Below are positions 27,020 through 36,944 of a stretch of 64,000 nt of DNA, one piece after another. The stretch lies in the IMG/VR virus record IMGVR_UViG_3300032272_000005, positions 23,333-87,332 of that record; one strand, written 5' to 3'. Positions within the stretch are counted from its first letter, which is position 1. Each line of letters begins with the position of its first letter. The position numbers were made by a program, and so were the translations under genes. This DNA is from a virus. Taxonomy: Duplodnaviria; Caudoviricetes. The notes under the pieces were generated by a model, which searched no databases, was not told the origin of the DNA, and worked only from the letters and a program-made list of their open reading frames with translations.

Positions 27020-28264
27020 TCATTTTTTCCTGTCTTTCTTTTTCTTTTTCGATTGTAGATTGTTGCCTTTTATTGCGGCGGCTATGTTATGCGCTATGGA
27101 CTTCTTCACAACTTTGGTTTGTTCTTGGGTCAGTTCCCCAAAGAAGTGGGCTTTGCCTTTTTTAGATGGTACAGTGTGGTGAGTGATTACAGGATTTGTG
27201 GCTGTGGGTGCATCTAAGATAGATACTTCTTTTACTTCTTGTTTCTTGAGTTTTTTGGCAGCGGCTTCCTCAACCATCTTCAGATAGGATGCTGATACAA
27301 GCTTCAGGGGCTTCTTTATCGGTGCGGTTTTGGCCTCGAATGTGCCATTACTATTTTGCTCTTGTTTAATCAGCAGATCAGCATGGAATGCCTCGGCTTC
27401 ATGTTGCTTCTGGAACGTGGTCAATACCCCACCATGCGAGACTTGGTAAACAGTCTTCCCACTAACATTTTCCACATGAGAAATACCTATACGGGGTATA
27501 GGTTTCTTCTTAAACTTTTTCGTCACCCAACTTGTAATTAGTTGCCCATCAGATGCGTAGGTTTCGACTGGGTATTTTCCTTCAAATTCATTAGCCCATT
27601 CTTTGATAGTATATGGTGCTTCGGGTTTCCCGATCCAATAACCCAGATCATTGTATCCTTGGGGCGGTGCTTGGTTGTCGGGTGTTGGTGCTATCTTGGT
27701 ATGCTTCTCATAGTTACTACCTGTGATAGTGCCCCCCGAATAAACCTTTTTACCAGTGACTTTCACCCCCGCCTTTTTATCCCATATGAATTTCTTCAAA
27801 GCCACGCCTTCGCCCTTGGGTATTTCTTGAATGTTAGGCTTGGATTGTTTGTGGGTGTTGATCGGCCCCAGATCACTATCGGGTAATTCAAATGCCCCAT
27901 GTATCATTTTATTTTCTATATTAGCCAAGACTTTGTTCGTGATCTTAGTGGTGTCAATGTTTATGGAAAAGGGCTTTGGTTTACCCCCATACTTCTCGTG
28001 GAAGGAGATGTCTTTATAGCTTTTCTTAGCATTTTCTACATCTTTGGATGAGATTACATCCCCTTCAACATCCAAGAAATAACCAAGAGTGTCGTGGTAC
28101 TCTGTAACCCGCATTTCTACGGTTACTATTTCACACATGGCTAAACATGTAGGGCAAGGGTGGTAATCTGAACAATTATCCGCGTCAATATCACAATGTG
28201 ATCTGAGCAGTAGTACATTTTCGGTTTTCAGAAACCCGTCTAAGTGTTTGGGTATTTTAATCAT
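27020..28264 (-). CDS. Large Lys-rich hypothetical protein with N-terminal Cys cluster
   Basis: 414 aa; own promoter at 28339-28344; palindrome next to RBS. Confidence 0.65.
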   Translation of the reverse strand: MIKIPKHLDGFLKTENVLLLRSHCDIDADNCSDYHPCPTCLAMCEIVTVEMRVTEYHDTLGYFLDVEGDVISSKDVENAKKSYKDISFHEKYGGKPKPFSINIDTTKITNKVLANIENKMIHGAFELPDSDLGPINTHKQSKPNIQEIPKGEGVALKKFIWDKKAGVKVTGKKVYSGGTITGSNYEKHTKIAPTPDNQAPPQGYNDLGYWIGKPEAPYTIKEWANEFEGKYPVETYASDGQLITSWVTKKFKKKPIPRIGISHVENVSGKTVYQVSHGGVLTTFQKQHEAEAFHADLLIKQEQNSNGTFEAKTAPIKKPLKLVSASYLKMVEEAAAKKLKKQEVKEVSILDAPTATNPVITHHTVPSKKGKAHFFGELTQEQTKVVKKSIAHNIAAAIKGNNLQSKKKKKDRKK

Positions 28265-28347
28265 GCTATTCCAAGTGATCTCAAGATCATCGCCTTGTAT
28301 TTGGTGTATAGCTTTATGGTATTACCCTAACAATGGTTTGTCAACCC

Positions 28348-29961
28348 CTAGAATGTGGCTTCCCGTAAGTGATTGACTTCATACATAAACTTGGCTTGTG
28401 TTGGGTTGTCGGCTTTCACAATAGAGGACACTTCTGGCAAATCATCAATACCAATTCTATCCAGTTTCAGGACGTCCCCTTGGCCTTGCAACACGGCGCG
28501 GTAAACTGGAATATCTCCCGTTGTATCTACTCCGATAATACGCAGTTGTGATCCGCGCGGCAGTATCAATTCTAACTCGGCGTGAAGTTGGGATGCTGGG
28601 AATGCTGGTAGGACTTTCTGTCCCGTGCCAATTTGTATCTGTAACAAAGCCCCTCCAGCCGTGAAGTCAGATGCAACCTCGGCTGATAAGGACGTGGACA
28701 TGAAGGCATCGTCTTGGAAGATTTTACCAACTTTAAATTTCTCCGCCACATTCGCGGTCACGCCCCGATAGGCGTAGGTCACGTTTGGCGCAGTTGATGC
28801 CCCCCGTTCCAGCATTTCCTCTATGGTCTTTGCTGTGGCTAATCCATCGGGTTTCAGAACAGCATTGGTTCTCATAGCATCATTGATCTGATTGAATGAA
28901 AAGCCCGTGTAGTTTTGTAAGTTGCCAAGGTCAGGGTGGAAATCGTCGCCTGATCGTAATGCTGTTTCGAACAGTTTATCCAGATCGGGTTCATTAAATA
29001 CCTTACGCGCCTGTCTTTCATATCGCGGCTGCATCACCCGAACAGCCGCAGCCGTTTGGTCGAGCGTCGGGAAGTCAGACCATGCTACTGGATCATAACT
29101 GGCGTCTTTGGATATGAGTGTCACAACCGTTCTGCAAAGGAAGTGGAAGGGTGGTGTATCGAACCCGCGCGCTTGCAATTCTTCATCACTCAGTTCCATC
29201 AACTTTTCGATCTCATGGGACAGTTGCGGTGGGAATGGTGCTTCTCGTTTCTGTGTATCTGGATCAGTGATTGCCAACACTTTGCCGCTTCGGTTGAATG
29301 CGGTTTCTACATCGAATATTTTACCGTCAAGGTTCTTGCAGATTTCCGTTGTATTGGTGTCGTGAACCGCGTCCAGTCGATACTGGGATATGCCCCTGAC
29401 ACGGGCTTCATAATACATGCCATGCGCTGCCACACGGGTGCCTGTCACATTAGCTGAAACATTCACCACCCGACGTATCTCGCCCCGTAGGAATTTGTTT
29501 ATGTCGGTTGCCAGTTTTGCAGGATCAATGCCCTCGGCCTTCTGGAAGGTGCTGGACGCCACTATGCGCCGTTCCAATGTCCTGCGCGTATTCTTCTCCA
29601 AGCCCTTCAGTACCCCGTTTAAAATCACTGTCACGGCTGATTTGTCCACTTCGGCGGGGAATGGTGCACCAGATGCGAAGATTGTGTTCTTTGGTTTGTC
29701 GATTGCACCCGCGCCAGTCAGGGCTGTTGCCCGTGTAAAAGCTAACACCCGTGATCTCGATAAAGAGATTGCGTCTTTGAATATCAGTTCACGGGTGAGT
29801 TGTTGGGCTTCCTGAAAATCCCCATCAGACAAGGCTTTAGAGATTGCATCCGTTTGAGACTTCATTGCCTTGCTCATAACGGTCTGCATTTCAGACGAAA
29901 GTTGGTCAGCCAGTGCCGTTAGCGTTTGACTGATATCTTTGGCTTTCAGGGGGGTATTCAT
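28348..29961 (-). CDS. MuF (Phage_Mu_F) head morphogenesis protein fused to VIP2/Alt-type ADP-ribosyltransferase
   Basis: MuF: D.NT..IC..LDG...PPFHFLCRT; ART: YT..S.NQIN, YRG, FMSTSL, ELE (R-S-E). Confidence 0.88.
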   Translation of the reverse strand: MNTPLKAKDISQTLTALADQLSSEMQTVMSKAMKSQTDAISKALSDGDFQEAQQLTRELIFKDAISLSRSRVLAFTRATALTGAGAIDKPKNTIFASGAPFPAEVDKSAVTVILNGVLKGLEKNTRRTLERRIVASSTFQKAEGIDPAKLATDINKFLRGEIRRVVNVSANVTGTRVAAHGMYYEARVRGISQYRLDAVHDTNTTEICKNLDGKIFDVETAFNRSGKVLAITDPDTQKREAPFPPQLSHEIEKLMELSDEELQARGFDTPPFHFLCRTVVTLISKDASYDPVAWSDFPTLDQTAAAVRVMQPRYERQARKVFNEPDLDKLFETALRSGDDFHPDLGNLQNYTGFSFNQINDAMRTNAVLKPDGLATAKTIEEMLERGASTAPNVTYAYRGVTANVAEKFKVGKIFQDDAFMSTSLSAEVASDFTAGGALLQIQIGTGQKVLPAFPASQLHAELELILPRGSQLRIIGVDTTGDIPVYRAVLQGQGDVLKLDRIGIDDLPEVSSIVKADNPTQAKFMYEVNHLREATF

Positions 29962-29966
29962 AGGGA

Positions 29967-30227
29967 TTACCCTTGGATTGCCCTGATACCTGCAATAAAG
30001 CGGCGGGTATCACATAGAGTTACACCATCTTCTTTTAACAGCTTATTCATGTTGGTTGTTGACAGGATCGCTTTGTAGATTTTTCCATCCCGTGAAACAT
30101 ACTGTGTAGGGCGAATGATCCGCGCGTCTTTCATGGAGGCGACAAGTTCACTTTGATCTGCACAGATTGCCATTTGTTGCGTGCCGTGGTTCCCCGCTGG
30201 AACCTTCTCTTGGTTTACATAAATCAT
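29967..30227 (-). CDS. Hypothetical protein between portal and MuF
   Basis: ATGA overlap with portal. Confidence 0.6.
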   Translation of the reverse strand: MIYVNQEKVPAGNHGTQQMAICADQSELVASMKDARIIRPTQYVSRDGKIYKAILSTTNMNKLLKEDGVTLCDTRRFIAGIRAIQG

Positions 30228-32170
30228 AGGGAATAATCCTTCATTTCAGTACGCCGCTTGGCGTCGTTAAAGGCAGCTTTCGCATAGCCAGCAGATACCT
30301 CATTGGAAGCCGCTTCGACTAGGAACGGTGACGTATACATCAAGCGGGAAAGAATTTGCTCTACCCCGTCCTGATCGTCTGGAACCATTTCATCAAACTC
30401 TTTTTCAAGGGTCAGTAATTGTGTCAGACATGCCTCGGATGGGTTGTCTTCATAATCGCGTATGCATCTTTGCATTTTGGACGCCAGAACTTTAATGGCT
30501 TTTTGGGTTGCCCCTGCCGCGCCTTGCTCACCTTCATTGATCGGGGGTCGTGGGGTTATGCCTTGCCCCGTGCCTTCACCTGCTGGTGCTTCAGCTTGTG
30601 GTGTGATCAAGGTTTCTTTGAATTCCTCTGCCACTTTGATGTCAAGACTTGCAATCGTTGCCAGTTGGTCAACCCACTCTGACAAAGAAATACCTTCAGT
30701 TCTTTGCAACATTGAAAGTGCACGCAATTGTAGGTTCACGTCGTTCACTGTAAGCGGATTAGATACGAATTTGAAAATACCTTTGGGATCAATTTCTCGC
30801 ATGAAACTCATGTTGTAGCGTTCGTCTTCCTCAGTCCGTTCGGGTGCGAATACCTGTGCCTCGGCAACCACGTAGGATGCGTGTGCTGTGGCGAAGTTAT
30901 AACTATCAGATGCGCCCAAGAATATCGAAGGCATACGGAAAGAACGGCGTATCCGCAATTCATTACGCTCATCATATTTTTCGAAGGTACTGTCAGCGTC
31001 ATTGGCCCCGAACTTTTCGACTTTCACTGTCGCGGCTTTCTCGCTGTCGAGATTACCAGACGCAGGAACTTCAACAGCCACCCCACGTTGCTTCTTAGAA
31101 GATTGCCCACCCAGATATGAGTTCAGTGTCTTGGCTACTTCCTCAGATACAATACCGCCTGAGATAAATACGATAACGGGTGGTACACCCCCACTGTGGA
31201 AGAATGCCAGATTGTGTTCTTCCGCCATACGTGATCCCAGAACCGACGGTAGCTGCGTGATCCAACGTGGCATACCATAAGGTGAGCGCACGTCTTCAAT
31301 GTCTTTGTCGTGTACTATGGAATGTGCCCGACGCGCGGCTGGTAACTTCTCACCCTCTTTGGCCCATTCACCAGTTACGCGGTCAAGATCACGACTTGCA
31401 CCATACTCTTTGTAGTAAATCAGCTTAGTGCCAATCTTCTGCACAAAACGGCGTTCTGCCCTCATAGTTTTTAGTTCAACTTCTTTACCACCCCGCATTA
31501 CTTTCACAGTGACAGGTACGGCTGCATCCAGTTTCACCAGACGCATTGATTTGGACGGGGCACGACGCAAGAACGCCAAATCACCCGTCATAGTATGTTC
31601 AAAGACTTTGTAACTGTTGCCCGTGTGGTGTAGATCGCGGCGTAATTCTTTACGGGTTTTCATAAAGGACTTGCGCGGAAATACCTCGGCCAAAAATTCT
31701 TCGATGTTTTCTTGTATAATTTTTTCTTCATCAGACAGATCAATGTTGTTGCTGTCTTTGGGTAAGATTTTATACCCTGTCCCTGAGATATTTGTGATCA
31801 TGGCTGCAATACAGGGTTCAAGTGTGTTGTTCTCAGACACCAAGCGTTCCAGCCGTTCAGGGGCTATTGGGGGTGCCAGCAAAGATGGCCCCGCGCTTAT
31901 CCGAATGTAGTCATGGAAAAATTGGTCTTCCTGATCCAACAGTGTGGCGGATATATCCCCCCCAGTTGCGAGTTCTTTCCTGAACTTAGCGGCCTGTTTT
32001 GGGTCAAGATGGCTTTCGGCTTCTTTGGCCAATTCTTCACGGGTAAGCCCCGTCAATGCTGTCATGGCTAGGACACCATAATTGTGTCGGCCCCCATCTT
32101 CGGCTTTGAATACGTTTTGATTATCGCCTGTCAAGACGCGGCCTTTCGGGGGTTCTGTTTTCTTTGCCAT
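30224..32170 (-). CDS. Portal protein (PBSX-like)
   Basis: GNSY..F, YGMPRW, FFHSGGVP, IRRSFRMP, NFATA; adjacent to MuF. Confidence 0.9.
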   Translation of the reverse strand: MAKKTEPPKGRVLTGDNQNVFKAEDGGRHNYGVLAMTALTGLTREELAKEAESHLDPKQAAKFRKELATGGDISATLLDQEDQFFHDYIRISAGPSLLAPPIAPERLERLVSENNTLEPCIAAMITNISGTGYKILPKDSNNIDLSDEEKIIQENIEEFLAEVFPRKSFMKTRKELRRDLHHTGNSYKVFEHTMTGDLAFLRRAPSKSMRLVKLDAAVPVTVKVMRGGKEVELKTMRAERRFVQKIGTKLIYYKEYGASRDLDRVTGEWAKEGEKLPAARRAHSIVHDKDIEDVRSPYGMPRWITQLPSVLGSRMAEEHNLAFFHSGGVPPVIVFISGGIVSEEVAKTLNSYLGGQSSKKQRGVAVEVPASGNLDSEKAATVKVEKFGANDADSTFEKYDERNELRIRRSFRMPSIFLGASDSYNFATAHASYVVAEAQVFAPERTEEDERYNMSFMREIDPKGIFKFVSNPLTVNDVNLQLRALSMLQRTEGISLSEWVDQLATIASLDIKVAEEFKETLITPQAEAPAGEGTGQGITPRPPINEGEQGAAGATQKAIKVLASKMQRCIRDYEDNPSEACLTQLLTLEKEFDEMVPDDQDGVEQILSRLMYTSPFLVEAASNEVSAGYAKAAFNDAKRRTEMKDYSL

Positions 32171-35100
32171 TAGTTCATACTCACCTTTTCAAGTCCCGCC
32201 AAATTCAAACCTAATTCACCGTCCACAGTAAATTGTAGTTCTGGCTCCCAGTCAAATTTTTCCTTAAACGGTAAATTCTCCATTGTTTCTACAGCAAATC
32301 CCAAGGCTTTCATAGGGTCATTTTCATCCACGTACCATAACCCCTGATCGTGTATCTGTGCAAAAGGTACTAACAGATCAGGTTGTTGTTCTTCGATTAG
32401 TCCCATACTCCACCACATCATGTCAACCAGTGTCCCTTGTATTGGTGAATTGATCGCCTGACGCTCGGAGGTTGAACGGGTCTTTTTGATGGGTGAGTAT
32501 ATGTTGTGTAAGCGTCTGGTTCTGCCAAGTGGTGATCTCACCATTCCAGTTTGTTGCGCTTCCATTATCTGCCGTGAGTGCCACGCTTTCAGGCCAGGAT
32601 ATAGATCAAAGAATGCGTCACGCATGGCCTCGGCTTCTTCGATTTCCACCTTCACCCCGTATACGGCGTCGGCATACATCATAAAGCCATATGCCCCCAT
32701 GCCATACAGCAACCCAAAATTACCAGCCTTGCCCCGTTGTCGAAGTTGCTCGTAAGCGGGTCGATCCATTTTCTTTAGGTTCATGGCTTCTTCATATGTC
32801 ATGGCGTTTGTTGTCGCGGCTGTCAGCGCGTGCAGATCAACCCCGTTCTTGTACGCCGTGATCATCTGTTGTTCTTGGCCCCAACATGCAGCGACTTTCA
32901 ATTCGCCTTGGGAATAGTCAACCGCGCATATCAGTTTGCCCTTTGGTGCTATGATGCATTCGCGTAATCGCTTGCCCCAGTATGAGTGCTTGGGCACTGT
33001 GTTGTGGACATACAACCCATTAGCCGTGAAGTCGTGCGTGTCTGGTACTGTGAAGTCATAGACATATTCCCCTACATTGGTGGGCAGAACTGTATCCACT
33101 TGCAACCCAGACCGCTTGCGATACTTGTAATCATCGGTCACGCGGTCTTCGGGCCAATCATCAGGAAGGCACCCCGCCCATGTAGCTGCACGTATCGCAG
33201 CCACCCCACTCCACGTAATTGTGCTGGTGAACTCAAGATCACGCAGATGAGGGGCATCAATTCCTTTGAGCAGACTTTCTTGTTGAACCACTCGTGCCAG
33301 TTCGAATGGCAGTTCTATCCTCAGTCCGACTTTGCCGCCCTTCATACGTGGGTAAGTTGCCATTGCCCCTACCATTCCACAGAGTACCCAGCCCATTGCT
33401 TTGGTTGCCCGTAGATGTCTTGGGATTTCTGGGGTCTTGCCATGCTCGAAAGCGGCTCTGAATTCTTCGGCCCCGTCTGACCAATAACCCCGTTCGCAAT
33501 ACAGCGTGAAGATCGCCACCCCGTCCACAGTATCCACCGTATATTTCTCTTGAAGTGTCGCAGCCCACACTCGGACTGGCCCCGCTACCCGTTCTGGAAC
33601 CTCAATGTGCAAACGTGCCAATGTATGTGAAACCCGCCCAGACGCTAAACAGACGCCCATAGCACGGCACATTTCCTTGGATACCCAGTCGGGTGCGTCC
33701 AGTAGGTCAATTCCATGATGTTGTATCAGGTGATCAGATGCGAGTAGGTTCTTGGCCTTGCACCAGCCCCTCTGGGTCTTCACTGGATGTTCTGGTGTAC
33801 ACTTTAGTTTCAGACCGTTCTTCAGTGTCAGTTCAACTATGTCACGCCGCCACGACTTGAACACGTTAGTGGTTTGTTGCCACCCTTCTAAGCCCCAGAC
33901 TATTATTTCAGCTTTATGAATAGGAATGCGGCTGTCACCCACGATAGGGTCAATAATGCTTGCAGCCGTTTTAAGCCCCTCTGAGGTGATTATCTCGGTT
34001 TCCCCCGTAACACATTGGAAAGCGGGGTTAGTCGCCGTACCGCGCCCTGTAACGGTGCCACCACCCCCTTCTCCGCCTTTCGTTCCTTCCCCAACCTTGT
34101 GAATGATGTATGATGCGTGCCAGCGATCATCATAGCGCAGGTGTTTCAGGAAGCCCTCGTAATATGTGCCATACATCTTGGCTACAGATTTGTAATCCAG
34201 ATATTGTTCGATCAATGGTCCAGCTATAGGGTGGTCTTTAAACTGTTCTAAGTGGAATTGTGATGTGGAAGGCTTTTGTGTTTTCTCAGTTACCTCAATA
34301 GGCTTGATACCACACCCCAATTGATTAGTCGGGCTGAACAAGAACTCGGCAATCATATTTGGCTTGGATAGCGGGGCGCGTCCATGTTCGTCTATGCCCC
34401 CATATTTGTCCATGAGTTTGGTTGGCATCATATCCGCAGCTTTGCGCATACTTTCGGTTTGCCTTCCTTCCAGATCGGCCCCGTATTCGTGGAACTTTTC
34501 ACGATCTACGCAGACGCCATGATGCTCCATTTTGTGCAGGGCAATCAAAGCAGGGTGAACCACATTCATGTAGAGCGACGTTAGGGACTGTTTAGACGGG
34601 CCTCCATTCTGTGTTGGGTTGTCCTTGATCAACTCCCCCCGAATGGCCTTGTATACCTTTAGCCCCGCGTCTGTGTCACCACCTGCATAGGGCAGCAAAT
34701 CGGGCTTCGGGACTTCATTCATTTTGGCTTTGTTGTAGGTACGGTTAAAGTGATCATCGTACCCCCCAAGTAATGGTGCATAAATCTTAGTGTGGACATT
34801 AAGCGTGTTAGCCCGATTTTCTTCAAGTAATGATCCGCCATTGCAGCTATCGAAGGTGAAGTTCGTGAATACCACTTGCCACTTTACCCTCATCCAGCCC
34901 ATGTCAAATTTGAAGTTAGCCCCAACAACCTTGACGCGCGGGTCTTTGGCAAGCTTCCGCATGTCGATTATGAATTTCTTCATCTGCCATTCAGTTAAAT
35001 CTGGCATGTAGATCACGTCGGATACCCCATCCGCTGCCGTGAATGATGCGCTCAGAATATTCTTATCCTTGAACCATGGGAATAGCCCTTCGGTTTCCAG

Positions 35101-35571
35101 ATCACAGCACAGATCAACGGGTTTACCCGTCTGTTTGAATTTAGCGTTAATATAGGCGTTCACCCCATCAAGATTGGTGACATAGGCGTAATCACCAAGT
35201 TCTGGTTCCATATTGCCAGTCTGCTCAAAGCGTTGGTACTGGCGAATGTCGCACATAAAATCTACGAAGTTGGTGAAGTCCATGTGTTTGATCTGTGGGG
35301 CATATGTCACCCCAAGATGTATAGGGTGCACCCATCCGTCAGGGTGTGCGGAAAACAACTTCCCACGGTTCGAGACAATGCCACCTTTGTTCGGTATCCA
35401 CCCCGCCGCTTGGATCATATCCACGGCTGGCTTGCCACATGCAATCAAGAGCGTTTCTTCTGAGGGTTGTAGATACTGTGGATTTAGTTGGACTGTTGCG
35501 TTAGGAATACTTACGTCGGCAAGAGCCGACTTCACCAAGTCTGGATCGCATTTCTGTACTATTAATCTCAT
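32170..35571 (-). CDS. polA: Family A DNA polymerase with UDG-like N-terminal remnant, 3'-5' exonuclease and intein
   Basis: DLETEG, NFKFD, YAGGD exo motifs; DYSQGE, KAGNFGLLYG, QIHD polymerase motifs. Confidence 0.95.
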   Translation of the reverse strand: MRLIVQKCDPDLVKSALADVSIPNATVQLNPQYLQPSEETLLIACGKPAVDMIQAAGWIPNKGGIVSNRGKLFSAHPDGWVHPIHLGVTYAPQIKHMDFTNFVDFMCDIRQYQRFEQTGNMEPELGDYAYVTNLDGVNAYINAKFKQTGKPVDLCCDLETEGLFPWFKDKNILSASFTAADGVSDVIYMPDLTEWQMKKFIIDMRKLAKDPRVKVVGANFKFDMGWMRVKWQVVFTNFTFDSCNGGSLLEENRANTLNVHTKIYAPLLGGYDDHFNRTYNKAKMNEVPKPDLLPYAGGDTDAGLKVYKAIRGELIKDNPTQNGGPSKQSLTSLYMNVVHPALIALHKMEHHGVCVDREKFHEYGADLEGRQTESMRKAADMMPTKLMDKYGGIDEHGRAPLSKPNMIAEFLFSPTNQLGCGIKPIEVTEKTQKPSTSQFHLEQFKDHPIAGPLIEQYLDYKSVAKMYGTYYEGFLKHLRYDDRWHASYIIHKVGEGTKGGEGGGGTVTGRGTATNPAFQCVTGETEIITSEGLKTAASIIDPIVGDSRIPIHKAEIIVWGLEGWQQTTNVFKSWRRDIVELTLKNGLKLKCTPEHPVKTQRGWCKAKNLLASDHLIQHHGIDLLDAPDWVSKEMCRAMGVCLASGRVSHTLARLHIEVPERVAGPVRVWAATLQEKYTVDTVDGVAIFTLYCERGYWSDGAEEFRAAFEHGKTPEIPRHLRATKAMGWVLCGMVGAMATYPRMKGGKVGLRIELPFELARVVQQESLLKGIDAPHLRDLEFTSTITWSGVAAIRAATWAGCLPDDWPEDRVTDDYKYRKRSGLQVDTVLPTNVGEYVYDFTVPDTHDFTANGLYVHNTVPKHSYWGKRLRECIIAPKGKLICAVDYSQGELKVAACWGQEQQMITAYKNGVDLHALTAATTNAMTYEEAMNLKKMDRPAYEQLRQRGKAGNFGLLYGMGAYGFMMYADAVYGVKVEIEEAEAMRDAFFDLYPGLKAWHSRQIMEAQQTGMVRSPLGRTRRLHNIYSPIKKTRSTSERQAINSPIQGTLVDMMWWSMGLIEEQQPDLLVPFAQIHDQGLWYVDENDPMKALGFAVETMENLPFKEKFDWEPELQFTVDGELGLNLAGLEKVSMN
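33001..34014 (-). mobile_element. Intein (338 aa) with degenerate LAGLIDADG region
   Basis: C1 CVTGET, block B CTPEHP, block F VYDFTV, terminal HN followed by Thr+1. Confidence 0.92.
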
Positions 35572-36305
35572 TTAGTGCCTTCTGTTAATTTTACCAGCGC
35601 GGGGAAAGGTGACGTTAGAAAGGGCCTTAAGGCCCCGTAAAACGCCCCGAACACCATGCGGAATTCTTCGGGGTTTTCTTGATAGGTGCCAGCACATTCA
35701 GCGTGGCAGGTGATGCGGTCTACATATTTGGTAGTGCCCCCCAGACGTGACAGGCACATAGCCACGTCGCCTTCTGGCTTCATATTGTCTTCTGTGGTGA
35801 ACCGTAGTGAGATTGTTTTGTCTCTGATCCGTGCCGCGCCTCGGAAGTTAGGGCCAAGGAATACCGCGCGGTAAACTGAATTGTTGGAAGTTCCGTCAAT
35901 TAACTGGTACATCTTTGAAGCGTTACAAAGAGAAACTGTGTTCGGGAAATACTCCGCAGCCACTTGTTCAATCCATTGTTCTTCATCCAGATTTGTACCA
36001 TTTGAAAGCATTGTCTTTTTGGTTTGGTACACGGAAGGTGCAGTTGTGTACCCCGACTGGAAAATGTTTCTGACAGATGCAGCCGCAGCCACAATTTTCG
36101 ACGTGTTCTTCTGCAAGTCGGCAACCCCAATTTTCAGGGTTGTGCTTCCATGCTCATGTAGAATTTTAGTCTCATTGAACCCTATGTGGACAGTGGTATC
36201 AATTGGGATGCCAGCTTCTTTGCAAAAGATACGGGCATTTTTCTTAATATAGTCTTGGGCACTATCGCCAAGATGTGAGGGGGCGTTTTTAAAGATGATA
36301 GCCAT
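35568..36305 (-). CDS. Hypothetical protein co-transcribed with polA
   Basis: TTGGAGA RBS, promoter at 36362-36367, ATGA overlap. Confidence 0.75.
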   Translation of the reverse strand: MAIIFKNAPSHLGDSAQDYIKKNARIFCKEAGIPIDTTVHIGFNETKILHEHGSTTLKIGVADLQKNTSKIVAAAASVRNIFQSGYTTAPSVYQTKKTMLSNGTNLDEEQWIEQVAAEYFPNTVSLCNASKMYQLIDGTSNNSVYRAVFLGPNFRGAARIRDKTISLRFTTEDNMKPEGDVAMCLSRLGGTTKYVDRITCHAECAGTYQENPEEFRMVFGAFYGALRPFLTSPFPALVKLTEGTK

Positions 36306-36367
36306 TTGAATTAATCTCCAAAATTAGTGGTGTATACCTACATACGCCCCTACGAATAATTTGTCAA

Positions 36368-36943
36368 CTAATAACGGTAGCTGATTTCAACTTTCTCAGC
36401 GTCATAGTATTTGACCAGAAAATCGACTTGCTGCGAACTCTCGACAGCTTTGTGACAATATATCTTTTTGACGTAGTTCACAACGTCCTTGGGGGCCAGC
36501 CCCATATGCGCCAATACAGCGGCTATCACCAGCCCCGTCCGCCCATGTCCACCAATGCACCCGACATGAACTGTCAGGCCCGTGTCCAGTGCGTCTGCAA
36601 TCTCTTGCACAAGCGAATGGAACTTACTCGGATTAGTCGGAACGCTCATGTTAGTTATCGGATAATACGAGCAGCGGACAGGTTTGCTATCCTCTTTATA
36701 ATGCGGGTGCTGTTGCATCCCGTCCAATGCTATGAACCAGTCCACATCTTTATGTCTGTCATGGTCGCGGCAGTTGCCCCCGATAAGAAAGCCTTTTGAG
36801 ACGGGCAAGGGTTCATGCGTGTTATGGCAGCGTGGTCTAGCCGTGTATACTGTTTTTGCTTTAGATTTAGAGTTGTTCCCCCACAGATCACTGGTTGGAT
36901 CACCCGTCGGGTCGAAATTGTCTAGGTCTATTTTGTTAGTCAT
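36368..36943 (-). CDS. Cys-dependent (PTP/dual-specificity-like) phosphatase
   Basis: VGCIGGHGRTG CX5R loop; AVES..Q. Confidence 0.88.
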   Translation of the reverse strand: MTNKIDLDNFDPTGDPTSDLWGNNSKSKAKTVYTARPRCHNTHEPLPVSKGFLIGGNCRDHDRHKDVDWFIALDGMQQHPHYKEDSKPVRCSYYPITNMSVPTNPSKFHSLVQEIADALDTGLTVHVGCIGGHGRTGLVIAAVLAHMGLAPKDVVNYVKKIYCHKAVESSQQVDFLVKYYDAEKVEISYRY

Positions 36944-36944
36944 T

